Below the pieces are notes generated by a model. That model was not told the DNA's origin. It was given only the letters and a program-made list of their open reading frames with translations, and did not search any database. The position numbers and the translations under genes were made by a program. Positions 1-14,923 of a stretch of 64,000 nucleotides of DNA are shown in pieces; position 1 is the first letter of the stretch, and every line of letters starts with the position of its first letter. Source of the DNA: Octopus sinensis (Eukaryota); contig NC_043008.1 of the NCBI RefSeq assembly GCF_006345805.1, forward strand, positions 7,564,001 through 7,628,000, in the 5' to 3' direction.

Positions 1-25
1 CCCTTGTGGGTAATAAAGAAACATA
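1..25 (+). mobile_element. 3' tail of a tRNA-derived SINE cut by the window edge
   Basis: cccttgtgggtaataaagaaa closely matches the tail ccccttgtgggcagtaaagaaa of the full copy at 705-932. Confidence 0.6.
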
Positions 26-384
26 TATCTACGTATTGGACTAGCCTACTTCATCGTCTGGGGGCGTCCGCACAACATTATCATACATGGCAAACCCAAT
101 TGAAAAACTGACCAACATGGAGAATGCTTAACAAGATATGGCAAAGTTATGAACAGTCATGGTCGCAAACGACCGACTGCAAGTACTAAAAAAAAGAATA
201 TCTCTGGAATGAAACTCGAAATATTCTCATTTGAAATGTAAATCACTGCTGGCATGTTCCAGTTACAATTCTGTATTGCAATGTTTTAAGTTTATAGAAT
301 TATTCAGTCGACTCTTGGATATTTAGTTTGTACAAATTAAGAAGTCCACAATAATCTTAGTAAATTCCAAGTACGCACTGTCAC

Positions 385-560
385 CGTTCCTAACTCCTCT
401 ACTTGTCGTTTTGAAGGGTATCCTGCTGTAGAAACCAAGCCACATCAGACCATGGAATCTAGTGTGGGCCTTCGGTTTGCCAGCTCCTGTCAATCACTCC
501 ATCCTATGCTGGGAAGAAAATCGGATGTTGAAGGATGATGAGGAAGAGGAGGAAGAGGAG
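385..560 (+). mobile_element. Degenerate SINE 3' half ending in a (GAT/GAG)n tail
   Basis: gaagggtatcctgctgtagaaacc...ggatgttgaaggatgatgaggaagaggag resembles a recalled octopus SINE tail (gggcatccagctgtagaaac...gacgttaaacgatgatgatg). Confidence 0.45.
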
Positions 561-704
561 GATATATGCTTACAAGGCAGACTACGATGATACGCATGTA
601 TACGCAGATATGAGTATGAATGTGTTAAAATACAAGCTTTTCTAATGTAAATGCATGTATCGTATCCGTATGTGACACTATATTAATGGCACATATATTA
701 GGGG

Positions 705-932
705 CGGCGAGCTGGCAGAAACGTTAGCGCGCCGGGCGAAATACTTAGCGGCATTTCGTCTGTCGTTACGTTCTGAGTTCAAATGCCGTCGTGGTTGAGT
801 TTGCCTTTCATCCTTTCGGGGTCGATAAATATAGTACCAGTAACGCACTGGGGTCGAGGTAATCGACTTAATCCGTTTGTCTGTCATTGTTTGTCCCCTC
901 TGTGTTTAGCCCCTTGTGGGCAGTAAAGAAAT
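705..932 (+). mobile_element. Full-length tRNA-derived SINE, family A (Meta/MESC-like central domain)
   Basis: A-box-like gagctggcagaaacgttagc, B-box-like gagttcaaatgcc, central gcctttcatcctttcggggtcgataaatatagtaccag, A-rich tail. At least five related copies occur elsewhere in the window. Confidence 0.85.
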
Positions 933-2693
933 ATATATTAATGACACTGCAATGATCGACTGAAATCCCCTTAGTATATAAATCTATAGCTTCTCTGTGG
1001 AATGGAAACATACGTCAGATTAGATTAGATGAAGATATTTGAACTCACGTTGTAAACGATGTGAAGCGCTGACATTGAGTGAAATGTTTTAAACATTAAC
1101 CGAGTACGTTTGGTGTGATTGTGACGTCATTGAAATAAAGACACCGTATTTGCTTACAATTGATTCATTGCTCGATTTTGACAATAAGTAATATACTTGT
1201 TAATATTCGTGTATTTCCCACAGCAGCTCTTTCTGACCTTGCATTAATCTCTTTTATTCTCTGGTTCCCTTTTCAATATTTATTACACAACATGTCCCTA
1301 GACACAATACTCTTATTCCTACAGACATCCACAAGAGGGAAATATCTGTTAAATCCATGATTTGTACAAGCAGACACACAACACACGTGTATGGTGTCTG
1401 AGAGGGAATGTCGTTTATCTGTTGGCTTGTTTATTCACTTGACTTATTTCGGAAGTAAAACTTTTCACAAACCAACACAAATACTTAGAATGATACGATA
1501 AACATTTTATAAAAACAAAAGAAGAAAAAGAAGAAAAATGAAAAAAAAAAACGGGAGGGGGTGCAAAAAATAAGGAAACCGTAAGAAAATAAACGCAAAA
1601 CAAAATTCAGACACATTGATTTCCAATAAAAAGTTTCTATACTTTAATCCGTAGAGATTTATCATACACAAACATAGTTTGTCTTTGAATTGTATATGTA
1701 GAAATGTAAAGACATATGTTTAATACGACTAAAAGAAAAAAGAAAAAAGAAACATCTATAGATCTATATAAACGCATGGATATAATTAAAAACAAAATGG
1801 CACAACGTTCCTTCCTAGAAATGTATTTCTATGGACATTACTAAACCATATGAAAAAAATGTAAAAAAGAAACGAGCGATTAGATATAATCAGTATAGAG
1901 TAGAATACAGTATTAGAGGCTATAATACATTGTAATATAATTTGTTCCTAAGTAACGTCTTCTGCAAAAAGGGATATCTCTCTGTCTAAGTAATAAAACA
2001 TGGAAATATTTATATATCTGAGTGTACATAAATATGTTTGGAATATAAAGGTAGACAATCTAAAGTAATTTAACTAAAAAGGCATAATATACGAGTATGT
2101 TTACCTAATGTATATGTGTACAATGCACGAATACATTTACCTAACGTATATATATGTATATGCAATAGATATGAATATGTTTAGCTTATTTATATCTTTC
2201 AGTCGAAAGATATGATTTACTTCGTAGTTTCTTTTGTGTGACAAGAGCAGCATATAATGTACGAAAGTTCATATATTCAGCTACAAATATGCACACTCAC
2301 AGACACATACGCTGAAATGCACAAAGACGTACACACTCATACGTACAGACAGAGACATACGAACACATTCAATCACACAGCTATATACATATATATACGC
2401 ACACATGAATGTGTGGTTTTTGAACATAATATAGTGATATATTATAGACATATGAAGTTATACCAGAAAAGGAAGTACGTATATGTATCTTTCATTCTCT
2501 TTCTCCCTCTTTATACATACATGTGGAGGGATGTGTATACGTTCATACACACAAACACTCACACGTATGTGGCTGTATGGTCAGGGGATTGATTTAGGAT
2601 TCAGCATTACTGCGGGCGAAATTGACCGATGAAAGCTTTCTTAGTAGACATGACAGGCAGATGTTGTCCAATGTCCATTGTTTACAGATATAG

Positions 2694-2726
<33 letters not shown>

Positions 2727-4341
2727 CTTGTAGCGACAATTTCGCCCCTCCCCACATAATTGTTTCCTAAATTCCTTCTGATTTCTATGTTTTCGATACA
2801 GGAGATTAGGATTTCGCCCCCCCCCCCAAAAAAAAAGAAAACACGTTCTCAATATTTTAATTTTCTCCTTCCCCGCACCAAGTTTTCCAAATTTTATTCT
2901 TTTACATTTTCTCAAAGTTTATTCTTGGTAATCCACAGAGAAAAAAACAGAGAATACGAATCTTTAAGAATTGTGTTGTTCCTTTTTTCTTGAAGAAAGA
3001 TTAAAATCTCCTTCACAAACATCCACCTGTCACACCATCACCTTCAAAGAGCTACAAACTCCCAATGTTTCACTTTTAGCTTTTTGGAAAGCGGAGGCGT
3101 TTCTTCAGAAATGATGTCGTTTACCTGTAGTTTCTAGCATGTCAGGTTTTCTAGTGGTGCTCTAATATTTTAGTTTTTTGAAAGTGGGTAGATGATAGGT
3201 GGGCGAGGTGGGGGATAGGGAATTGGGTGTTTCCTTAAGAAAAATTAAACTTTAGAAAATGTCTATATATTTTTTCAGATTCGTAATGTCTGTATTTTTT
3301 CACATGGATGAAAAAAAAATTTCGAGAAAAAGCTACAAATTAAGAAATAGCTATGAGGACGGGGGAAAATAAAAATTTTGAAAACGTGATTTCTGTAAGA
3401 AATACAAACAGAAAGAATGAGAGTTTGTAAGAATTCCAATTGTAATCCTGAAAATGAATGTTTATCAAAATTTCAGCTCAAACATTGGTGCTATCAGATG
3501 TACTAATAATATTAATATTACATAATCCTGGAATTTTATGAATATTTATCAAGTAATCGTTGTTTCTTCTTTGAGTAGCAATTGAGTTACTGCTTAAATG
3601 CTCGAACATCAGTTACCGAATGCATCAATACTGCATTCCTCTCTATGAAATCTATGGAATATCAGGTGTGGCTAGCGAATCCGATTGCTTATTTGTTTAT
3701 TCTGCATTTCGCTATGTCAATGCACCTCGCTTTCAAATACATTACTAGTTTATTTATATTCTACACCTCAGTGTTACCCAATAGGATTGTAGCTTTAAAT
3801 GCAATATAGTGGTTTAACATTGATGACCTAACAACAGCAAAACAAATCAGATTGAGTGAACTGTACTGACATTAGTTGGAACGATATTATGTAAGTATAT
3901 GTTCCGGTTGTTTGGGTATTGTGTTGAAATCACGGCGAAGTAACCTCTACCTTTCATCAGTCCAGTAGAGGTATACACTAGCATTCTTCGCTCAGAATTC
4001 TTCCTGCCTAAATGCGAAATGATTATATAATCATATTTATTCCACTGAATGTATTTTATTCTTGACAGATATAACAAATCCGCATCAGGCAATGATTGCA
4101 AATGGTTGTGAAAATACAGATACCGGATACCGACATCTCTACAAAACTTATACGCTCAATTTTCGTTTACTGCTTTTATTTCGAGATATAATCAGGGCTG
4201 CTATCAGCACTGATAAAGTGAGAAATAATTTACTCACCTGTCAATATGTTTAGACGTATAAATCAACTAAGCTGTGAGAATTAAATAACTAAACGAGTTT
4301 CGATTACTTGAAAATATGAAACATTAGGAATCGTTCTCATA

Positions 4342-4343
4342 TC

Positions 4344-4428
<85 letters not shown>

Positions 4429-4475
4429 TTATCTATCTATCTCTCTCTCTCTATATATATTTATTTATCTATATC

Positions 4476-4526
<51 letters not shown>

Positions 4527-4533
4527 CTCTCTC

Positions 4534-4565
<32 letters not shown>
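4342..4565. repeat. Compound microsatellite (TCTG)n-(TC)n-(TCTA)n-(TA)n
   Basis: Directly visible tandem units. Confidence 0.95.
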
Positions 4566-4566
<1 letters not shown>

Positions 4567-5149
4567 CTGTCAGTCTGTCCGTAGGTCTGTCTTTCTGTCC
4601 CTATACATATACAATATATGTTTATATATATATGACTCAGATACCTTGATAACTTAGGCATCTTTAAACCAAAACTGGTCCAGGCCATTGACCAATATAA
4701 CTTGATAGCACCACCTGATAGGATTTGCTAAATATAATTTATGTCAAGTCTTGTGGTATCATGGCCCATTTGAGTAGGGAATTCTTGTTGAGTGATGGTA
4801 GATGGTAATTCTAGTTTGATAAGTGTTAAACATAGCAGCATAGTCATACATGTATTTGTACACATACTTTACACTATGTCTGTATGTTGGCGCGCACGTG
4901 TTTGTGTGTGTATGTGTCTGTGTTTGTCTGCGTGTGTGTATGTATGTATGTCTGTGTGTATGTGTGCGTATGTATGTATGCATGCATATTTAGATACTGA
5001 ATTATATTTCGGCCATAATTGGCCGAGGTTTTCGTCCGAGGGATAAGTGTATGGTTGCTTGTGAGAAGCACCTTTACCGAAACGGATTAATTCAAATATA
5101 TTTTCGTTTCGCTGCAAATGCTTGCGTTTTTCCGTCCATTGGATAACAT

Positions 5150-5700
5150 CGAGCAGATCCGATTGAAGATTAATCCGGCCTCCTGACGATAGTCAGAAGC
5201 ATAGTCACCCGTAAAGATTGTAATGCTTCTCTGTTTGATGTCATAAATATAAATATAAAAGGAATGATCCCAATACAGTGCTTTGCAAGACCCCACTGAT
5301 GAATCTAGCTGAACTTGATTAACCATCATCGATCACTACTTACTGGATTCTGTTCAACAGCAAAAATTCAATTCACCTTGTTTCCATCCGACTCCTCCAC
5401 TCCCATGATCGGATGCTGTGTGCAACCTTATCGATGGCCTTGATGAAATCACGATAGTGACACTTACATTGGAACCCCCATACCCCAGGCCCAATAGGAT
5501 GTCATCAAAGTGATGGTGATGCAGGAGCACACTCTGCCTTTGCTGGAAGCATGCTGGATGAGAATAAGTAGGATGTTTATTTCCAGAAAGTGAGTTCATC
5601 GACATATCACCACTCTGCTGAATAATTTGCCAATATGAGTTGTAATTAAATTTAGCCACCCATCATTAAAAGACTTTTCAGATCAGCATTGTTGTTAATT
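5150..5700 (-). pseudogene. Decayed non-LTR reverse transcriptase fragment (CR1/L2/Jockey-type)
   Basis: Minus-strand frames give, in the correct order, QHASSKGRVC (~QHGFRKGRSC), YRDFIKAIDKVAH (~YLDFSKAFDKVPH), SGVLQSTVLGSFLL (~SGVPQGSVLGPLLF) and IYIYDI...IFTGD (~IYINDL...LFADD), with frameshifts and stops. Confidence 0.8.
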
Positions 5701-5954
5701 TTCATGAAGGATTCTGTGAAATACAATTTTGGCACTTGAGTTTGCCTGCTGAGCACAGTTATTGCTAAATCATTAATTTCGTTATACACAAAACACTGAT
5801 TCACAATAAACATTGGAAAATAAAAGATTTTACTTGAAATGAGTCGTGAAGGGAAACAACATATCCTTCCCTATTTCTACAGGTGTAGTCTGAGGCAATG
5901 GTGATATAATTCCTCACTTTTACTTCAGCCAAACGGCACTCCGCCGGTTATGGC

Positions 5955-6140
5955 TTCGATCTGATTAACTGAACTGCGTGCTCGAGAAATTAACATGCAA
6001 GTTGCTCCGCACTCCACAAATACGTGGGTCCTTAACGTACTTTACAAAGAGATTCGGCGTGACACAGTGTGACAAGGCCGGCCCTTTGAAATACAGGTAC
6101 TACTCATTTTTGCCAGCTGAGTTGGCTGGAGCGTTGCTAG
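5955..6140 (-). mobile_element. SINE internal fragment
   Basis: gtgacaaggccggccctttgaaatacaggtactactcatttttgccagctgagttggctggagc is the reverse complement of a recalled octopus SINE body (ctccagtccactcagctggcaaaaatgagt). A related degenerate copy lies near 43000-43160. Confidence 0.65.
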
Positions 6141-6539
6141 GATTTAAACACACGACCGAAATTTGAATATCTTACGAAATAATTAAGGGAAAATAAGCAG
6201 AAGTTAGTGTCCACAGTGGTGCACTTTCGTTCAGGGGTGAAGTGCCATCACCGATAAAATATCTATAAATATTTCGTCCCTAAACGCTCTTGTTGTCGTA
6301 TTTCTGTCCATTAATTCCTACATTAGCTATGCGAGCAAGAACTGTATAGGTTTTATTGAACGGGAAAGAAACGAAATGCACGCACGCCCATACACAAACG
6401 TACACTTATATGTTTGTCTTTGTGTAAATCTGTGTATATTTAAGATTGTGTGTGTCTGTGTATTTGTATTTGTATGTGTGTGTGTGTGCACGTGAGAGAG
6501 TGAGTGTGTAGCATAATCTACACGCACACATATCCTTTG

Positions 6540-7200
6540 GGACCCAACAGCCCCAACGGTAAACGTCAACGTTAGCTGTAACAGCAACATTAGATGCGAA
6601 TTGAGTAGGTACGGCAGAAGCAGCACACATACACCAACTGTAGCTGTAGTAATAGTAGTATAGTAGCAGCAGCAACACAACGAACATTCACTACGGCTCC
6701 GATAACAAGAATGACAGCAGTACTAACAGCACCAGTGACAGGCAGAGAAGCAACAAGAACAAAAGCACTAATTACCTCGGGAACACCCCTACTAGTAGAA
6801 TACCATCTAACCTAACACCCTGTCTTTTACTCTTTCTCTCTCACTCTGCGTTTCTAATGCAAACATACTGACGGAAAACACAGCTCCACTCCCAACGCGT
6901 CGGAACTTTCCGACATACGATGGTCTTCCTGCTTGGAGGAGAACAAACCATAAATGCGAAAAAAAAAAGAAGCAACATATCTTAAAATTTTACATAACAG
7001 GTAGTCTGTAAACGAACCATGCAATCACGACCGTATCATGAAGATATAAATACACCAAACAGTCAAATACAGAACGACAACGCTGCCAAAACCACCGCAC
7101 ATTGATACAGAAGAAGAAAGATATATAGAAGGAGCTCTACCAAGTAGGAACACAAATACACCATCAATAAAACACATTTACAGCAAACTCTGTATTGAGA
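6540..7200 (+). mobile_element. Probable 5' region of a Penelope-like retroelement (degenerate)
   Basis: (CAG/AAC)-rich leader followed by broken coding-like sequence (KRTMQSRPYHEDI). Assignment rests on recall of octopus Penelope 5' regions; no RT motif seen. Confidence 0.35.
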
Positions 7201-8464
7201 GTCAGCAAGAATCAAAATCAGATTTATTGCAGAAAAGGAAGATCAATGAAAGAGATTGATAGGTCTTCGGAGCCAACATATTCAATGTGGCACAGAATTT
7301 GAAAATAATAATGCTTCGAAAATAATTATAGGTTGTCCACATTTCCATGAAGTCGGTTAGAGAGACCTCAAACTTATGGATTGTACAGTAGTCCGAGATA
7401 GCTTCCATTGGGAGCGACTCAGTTATTGGCGGTTGAACGCTTCATTTGTATCACTGCTGAGCTGTGTAGTTATATCGAATAGCAGCTTTCACAGATCCAG
7501 CTATTTGATGGGTCCACCACCCGACGTTTTCCCCACTGCCCTTATTAGACTTCGAAAGTCAGGCTTCTTTTTTATATGTCTGGTGTCATAAGCAACAGAA
7601 GTTGCGTTTCAGTCAAAAAGGTTACCTTTGAGCCAAGCTCCTGTTGGCCTTTAAAAGTTGCACTTGGAAAGGAGGTCGAATGGCTAGAGAGGTTCAGTCT
7701 CCTGTAAGTTAGGAAAAAGGAAGGTGAATGTAGCAAGAATGCACGAGTGCATGGACCTAATCTAAGCATGCATCTGTTGGGTGAAATGCACGAAGGGCTT
7801 TCGGTATTACAATGGTACCCCTTGGGATCAGGTTGACGCAATATCTATGGGTCTCCGTGTAGATTTATCGTTGGTAATATTTCCTATTTTTGAATTTTAC
7901 TTGTATAATTTTCTTTCCAAAAGTTATTGTTTTTGTTATTTACAGCGCTTTTTGTTCTTCTATATAGGTGACATTAAAAGGATATGATATTCATTGCACT
8001 TCCTAAGTCTGGTATCAGAGTATTGATGTTCACGTTTTACTGTATAAATTTGTGTTAATAATAGCAAAAAGATAAGTCACAGAAACGTAACATCTTGTTA
8101 AAATGACTAAGCCAGAACATCTGTTGCAACACGGGGATTTACATGAGGAACTAGATAAACGAAATCACAAAATCAATACATGCATACATACATGCATGCA
8201 TACATATATACATACATATGTACATATATACATTCATCCATACATACATACAAACAAACAAAAATATCCTGTTGTTGAAATTCCAATGAAGGAGACTTGA
8301 ATCTAGGTTAGAAACCGGTTCTTTTCTGTATTGGCAACAAATCTTGAAATAAACTCAATAATGACACACACACACACACACACACACACATATGTGTATA
8401 TATATATAGAGAGAGAGAGAGTAGTGGTGTAACAAAGCACCAATGTTTACTGGAAATATATATA

Positions 8465-9560
8465 TCAAGTCATCCCATAAGTTCTGTCCAATTTTTACCT
8501 TTTTTAAAATTGAATGAAATTTAATAGTATTTAGAATTTAAAATGGAATTTACATTATTTTTATACATTTTGTACATCTAAACTAATTAAGTATTATTTT
8601 ACAGAAAATACATCGATGGTTGTCGGTTTTTGCATCGTGCAATTTATCATTTAACTATCACATGAAAGATAATTGAATAATGTGACGACCGGCGAATACA
8701 AATCTTGATTTAATGGACCACTTCGTTCACTCCACCTGTTTGGCAATATGGTAATCGGAATAGGACTTAAATTATTTTGGTAGCATCCCAACCTCCTGAA
8801 AATAAAACTAACCATATTCAAAAACCTCTTGAATGCTTGGCGCAACGGATTGTCTCAGCATGTTTGGGTAAATGGTACAACAGTACCGTAAAAATTGTCG
8901 GTCTATTTTACTGATAAACCTCACCAACTGTAACCCCTGCTAAATTAATATTATGTTTATCGTAATATGCGGTTTCTCAAGTCCCAAGTAAGTGCACCTG
9001 TAGCGTTTAAGTGAGCCACTTAATTTAGATGAATTCCCTTCACAGCAAGGAATCTTTGTTTGAAAGATTGAATCTTCTAGTCCTCGTTTCAAGCAGTACT
9101 CACAAATCTCTTCTCATTGGTCCAGATTATCTTCATTAAGAGCATGAACTCTTGTTAGAATATTACCATTACAGTTACAAGTCCCCAGGATACGATGGGC
9201 GCCAGATTGGGGATTTTTTATCTCATGGCTTATTTTCTGCCAAAATTTGCATGAAATTTTGCAATATGTTTTAGTACACTTCGATTTACTGGGTCGTTGA
9301 CAGCTGAGCTCGTTGATGACGGCGGTCTTCCAGAATGTTTTCTACCGACAAGTGGTTCAATCTGCTTCAAAATTATCTTTAATTTGAATAATACCAAGTC
9401 AAGTTGGTGAACTCCCTCCTAAATTATATTTGCATCTTCCAACTACGGCTTAGGGCAAATTGTCTTTCTTCAATGATTAGTCAAGCTCCTTTCATTATTT
9501 CCACTTATCTAAACCGAACAAGAAATGAAAATTGAGTTAATAACTGTTTAAATAGTAAAT
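8465..9560 (-). mobile_element. Decayed Tc1/mariner-superfamily transposon
   Basis: Minus strand: HSGRPPSS (~RSGRP HTH linker), VHALNEDNLDQ*EEICEY (~ELNEDDFDRRLEFCEW), LPNRWSERSGPLNQDLYSP (~FPNRWIGRRGPIEWPPRSP); many stops. TIRs not securely found. Confidence 0.75.
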
Positions 9561-10099
9561 TAAGTTTTGGCACATACACTCTCACTTCATATAAAGAGAT
9601 AGAGATAGATACAGAGATAGATACAGAGAGCGAGACACAGACAGAGTGAGAGAAATAGATAGAGAGACACAGAAACAGAGACAGAGACAGGGACAGAGAT
9701 AGAAAATGAGATCATGTATATTTAGAATTTTACCATAATTAAAATTCTCCAAATGACTTTATATTTTCGACATGTCAGTACAATCTTGTATGCAATGAAC
9801 GTTCTGGATGAAATTTTGTTCACGGATCTAGAAAGATCTTGAATTTGAAGGATGTTAAGCTGAAGGCAAGTATAGAGTGCACAATGTATTATAGATTTTC
9901 TTTTAACGCTCTAAGCTTCTCTATATACTATGCCAGCTGTATATACTATGCCAACGATCCGAGCAGTGTTATATTCCTGCTTTCTGCTGAATTTAGGCAA
10001 ACTTCGCTAGCCAAATAGTACACATTCTAACAAACTAACAACATATATCTCAGAAAGTTCTATTTCGAAACGAGGGAAAAATACCTTTTACCAAATTGA

Positions 10100-10880
10100 A
10101 AATAGCATTTAATTGATATATCATTGTTTGTAAAATGTTTCTATAAAATTTTGACAGTCGTTAGTGACGGTGTGAGATCGGTTGTCTTAACACCACAAAC
10201 AAACAACCTTGCGGAAAAATTCATTCCGGCATTAGAAAGATCTGAAAGTTTTTTTCTAAGCATTCATATAACTACATGGACAGTGAATGGAGTCCTTAAG
10301 TCTTATTCTTGCTTTCCAAAATGTCATTGTTCCGATTATAAATGCACCATAGTTCAGCATGTCCCAGTGCCAACCATGTTATGTAACCATCTTACAATGT
10401 GGTTGATTGACCACCAATCCAAACTTTTCTTAAATATCTTCAGCCAATTGCAGCCCCTCTCCATTATCTGCATCTGAAAGTGAATGTTCTGGGAGTATCC
10501 TTTAGAATTCTACGCAATTTGGATATTGCGAAATATCTTATTCTTCTAATGATTGAAAGTTATGACTAAACGTGCTGAGTTCTTTTCATACCATTAATTT
10601 CCCTCTTCACATCTGAAATAATATTTCTTTTTCGTTCATGCAGCCTCAAGTTACCACTGGTACTGTGATATTATGTGAGCATAAACATGTCATTCAGGAT
10701 TGGTTCTTTTAGACTAATGAGTCTGTTACTTCTCCGGCTATATCTACTTTGCATACTCTGTTGTCGAGTGAAACAGAAATATTTCCATTACATCAACGAA
10801 TTGCAGACGAAATGTTTCCATTGCACAATTCTTGCTCAATAATCCACATTTCTTCAAGAAGTGGCTCTGTTTAATATGTT
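10100..10880 (-). mobile_element. Probable Mutator/MULE transposase relic (C-terminal catalytic region)
   Basis: Minus strand YLRKVWIGG (~YFERTWIG) and LWCIYNRNNDILESKN (~W..Y..RTNNALERYN); heavily interrupted. Confidence 0.5.
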
Positions 10881-11308
10881 ATAAATTAGTTTGGAAATGC
10901 AAGTACAAAGTAAAAATACCATTTTTAAAGACAGAATATTGGAATTATGAAGAAACTCTGAACACTGAAAAAGTTCACCTATAATAAAAGTCAGAAAAAA
11001 TCAAATTCGTTTATGTAGTTCTCTTAAAATAAATATATGTGCAAAATATGATTACTCAGAAAGCAGCGCATAAAAAAAAAGACATTTGCTCTAATTTATG
11101 TTCTTTAAGTTTAGACATATATAGGAAAAGAGCAAAGAGCGATCTGAAATATTTTAATTAATTGATATAATCATTGCACTTTGAAGTTAAGAAGCCAGTT
11201 TGGATATCACGAAAATCTAAACGAAAAAAATAATCAGGTAAGGAAGGTAATTCCAATAAAATCACTTAATCCAAGCTTTGGAAACATTTCGTCGTCTATC
11301 CATTACTG

Positions 11309-11356
<48 letters not shown>

Positions 11357-11936
11357 CGAGCGCATTTACTTTTCTTTTCTCTCCCCTTCTATATAAATAT
11401 TTGATAATTCTACAGAAAATACATTCTGAAATAATGCCATAATGATCTTTAACAAGAGCGAAACATTTCCGTTCTACTAAAGAGGCACTTAGTATCTAAT
11501 ATGTTGTCTCTGGTTGATCCAACATCGAATTAATAGATGTAAGACACTCTGTTATCGTCGCAGTTTATAAATAACCAATGCATTTCATATCGAATAATTG
11601 TGTTCGTGTTGCGAGAGCAGTCGAAGATGGTTGAAACTATCGTGCGTGTTCCTATATTTCATATGAGGTAATCTGTCGAATATATATATATATATATTGC
11701 CTAAAAAATGGATCTACAACTTCAATATCCCTACATATCTCACATCTAATTTCTTTCCTCCACCCCACTCTCTAATTTGTATCCTATCTAAACTAACTAT
11801 TGCTTACTCATCCTCCCACACCGATGAAGGGATATAATTAATAAAATATCTCGGAAACAGCTGTAAAACCTTCTATCTATAAATGTTCTAATATCTATAC
11901 ACCGTTGGTTTTTTATCTCATTACGCAAAAAATTCT

Positions 11937-11996
<60 letters not shown>

Positions 11997-12042
11997 ATAT
12001 ATACTTCATATATATACATACACACACACACATAAGCGTACG

Positions 12043-12077
<35 letters not shown>

Positions 12078-12229
12078 TATATAGGATGGCGAATATATAA
12101 ATATATATATAAGTATGTGCATGCCTTTGTATATGTATGAATAGGTTTTTGAAAACTCGCGCCTAGATATCGAGAGTTTGGGAATCGAGTTATCGTCCAT
12201 CGAGGTACACTTTGGTTCCTTAGATCTGA

Positions 12230-12720
12230 TCACGAGTCAATGGCGTTATGTCACTCTATGTATAATTTCAGTCAAAACATGGATGACGACTGCACACTAT
12301 GTCTCCATATTATGTCGAGTAACATCATAGTTAATTATTGTGCTAAATATGAAGATTTTGCTGTTCCATCATTGTGCGATGTCATTGGATACAAAGCGAA
12401 ATGTGAGAGTGGATAACATTAGTGAAATACCTTATTTGTTTGTATGCAACAGGCAGTTAATTTTTATATGTTTATGTATGCGATTGTATGCTGGAATGTG
12501 AGCCGCAATAGTGTACAGTCTTTGTTTGGTATTCCGTTGCACCTTCTTTAGTCGAGTAGTTTGTCAGAAGATTCTGAACCGGGTGGTTTCTTCTTTTGCG
12601 TATCAATCCAATGTTTTATTTACCGGAATCTGTCTGGCATTCAGGACCGTTTATTTGATATTTAAAAAAATCCAAGAGAACAATCTTTTCGTATGACGAG
12701 TTCCTGTTTGTTCCTTGGAA
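12230..12720 (-). mobile_element. Possible degenerate Penelope 3' (GIY-YIG) region
   Basis: Weak frame-broken resemblances (HPVQNLLTNY ~ KNLKQLLT; SKIFIF ~ SKNLIY). No intact motif. Confidence 0.25.
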
Positions 12721-13035
12721 TCTTTGATTGATGCTTGATATTTAATGGTATAAGTGGAAATTATTGACGAACATGTTACCTAACGCTTGAATCAACTAAC
12801 TAGACATCATTTCGACTGATGGCATAATCCTTTATAAAAGTACCAATTTTCCACACCCTAGTCAGGCAATAGTTTCTTCGTCCCCACAACATATGAAAAT
12901 CATTAGGTTGCGAAACCGGTTAAAATACCTGTAAATAAATCTTAAAAGAAAAAACAGCGCATTTCAAAAATTTGTTATATATATATGGAATATAAATACA
13001 TGTAAAATATATGAATAAATACATATGTGTACGCA

Positions 13036-13089
<54 letters not shown>

Positions 13090-13781
13090 CATATGTAAAT
13101 ATATATATATGTGTGTATATATAAATATATAAAGATATATATATGTATATATATACATATACAGTCATACATGCATACATATGTATTTTGAAAAAAAAAT
13201 CTAAGTGTAAATTAATATAAACATTATAAAGATACTCAAAATGTGAATCAATATATTGGTGATGTGTAGCAAATTTGAATGAATGCAATATATAGTTCGT
13301 GGGTTTTTTTTGCAGAAATCTATACAAATCAACGCATATGTTGAGTTAACAAAGACAAAACTTATCGACTGCGACTGAGACAGCAACAAGCAGTAACAAC
13401 ATTATGATGAAATATATCCTTCTTGATCACAGAGAATGAACAAAATATAAAATAGATAAAATTACCATTAATGAAGAAAAAAAAATCTGTGATATTGGCG
13501 CTTTGGGTTTTGATTTTTAGAAATTTTTTTAATAATCTTATTTAATATACATTTAATTTTAAGTTCGTTTATATTTTTTTACAAACGCTATTGATCGACA
13601 TTTTACCGCCTCACATCTAAGAATTAAAGAATTCGAATCGTTAGTCCTGATGGCAAATTATTGCGTATGTATTTGGTCTCCTACAAGCATGCCGTCGTTT
13701 TGAATAGCACTAATATTTTAATGACCTTTACTGACGTGAAAAATAAAGCATATATATCACTGAGATTGAACCATACATCAT

Positions 13782-13817
<36 letters not shown>

Positions 13818-13837
13818 AGTGTATGTGTGTATGTAAT

Positions 13838-13900
<63 letters not shown>

Positions 13901-13985
13901 GTGTGTGTGTGTGTTTGTGCGTATGTGTGAGTGCATTCATATCCATACATTCATACACATATATACTTATATATATGTGTGTGAG

Positions 13986-14023
<38 letters not shown>

Positions 14024-14129
14024 TCTGTATGTGTGAGTCTGTGTGTGTGTATGTATATCATGTATGTATGAAAAATAAGCGGATTTCGTCTCAGATATTT
14101 TACATAGCATCGACAACATCATTTCGATC

Positions 14130-14585
<456 letters not shown>

Positions 14586-14793
14586 CACACACGCTCACAC
14601 ACACGCACATCGGCAACATTCATTTTCTTGAAAATGGGGTCATAACCCCGAAATATTGAATAGAAGGTAAGTCTACATTAATTTATATATTTGTTTTCTT
14701 GTGATTTATCTTGCATTTACTTCCCATTGCTTTGGCCTTACCCACGATCCTTTATACAATATATTCTACACAATGCTTCATAGAAATTATATA

Positions 14794-14832
<39 letters not shown>

Positions 14833-14865
14833 CACACACACACACATATATATATATACATATAA

Positions 14866-14903
<38 letters not shown>

Positions 14904-14923
14904 GTGTGTGTGTTTGTGTGTAT

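Noticed and set aside
2612-2746. 11-bp inverted repeat gggcgaaattg/caatttcgccc around a (TA)n
   Set aside because: Short, no TSD, and the right half appears to belong to a separate downstream repeat.
7200-7870. GC-richer coding-like block
   Set aside because: Probably an old transposon fragment, but no diagnostic motif was found in any of the frames examined.
11625-11670. aagATGg...gag|gtaatc mini first-exon candidate (MVETIVRVPIFHMR)
   Set aside because: Expected by chance at this length; no linked downstream exon identified.
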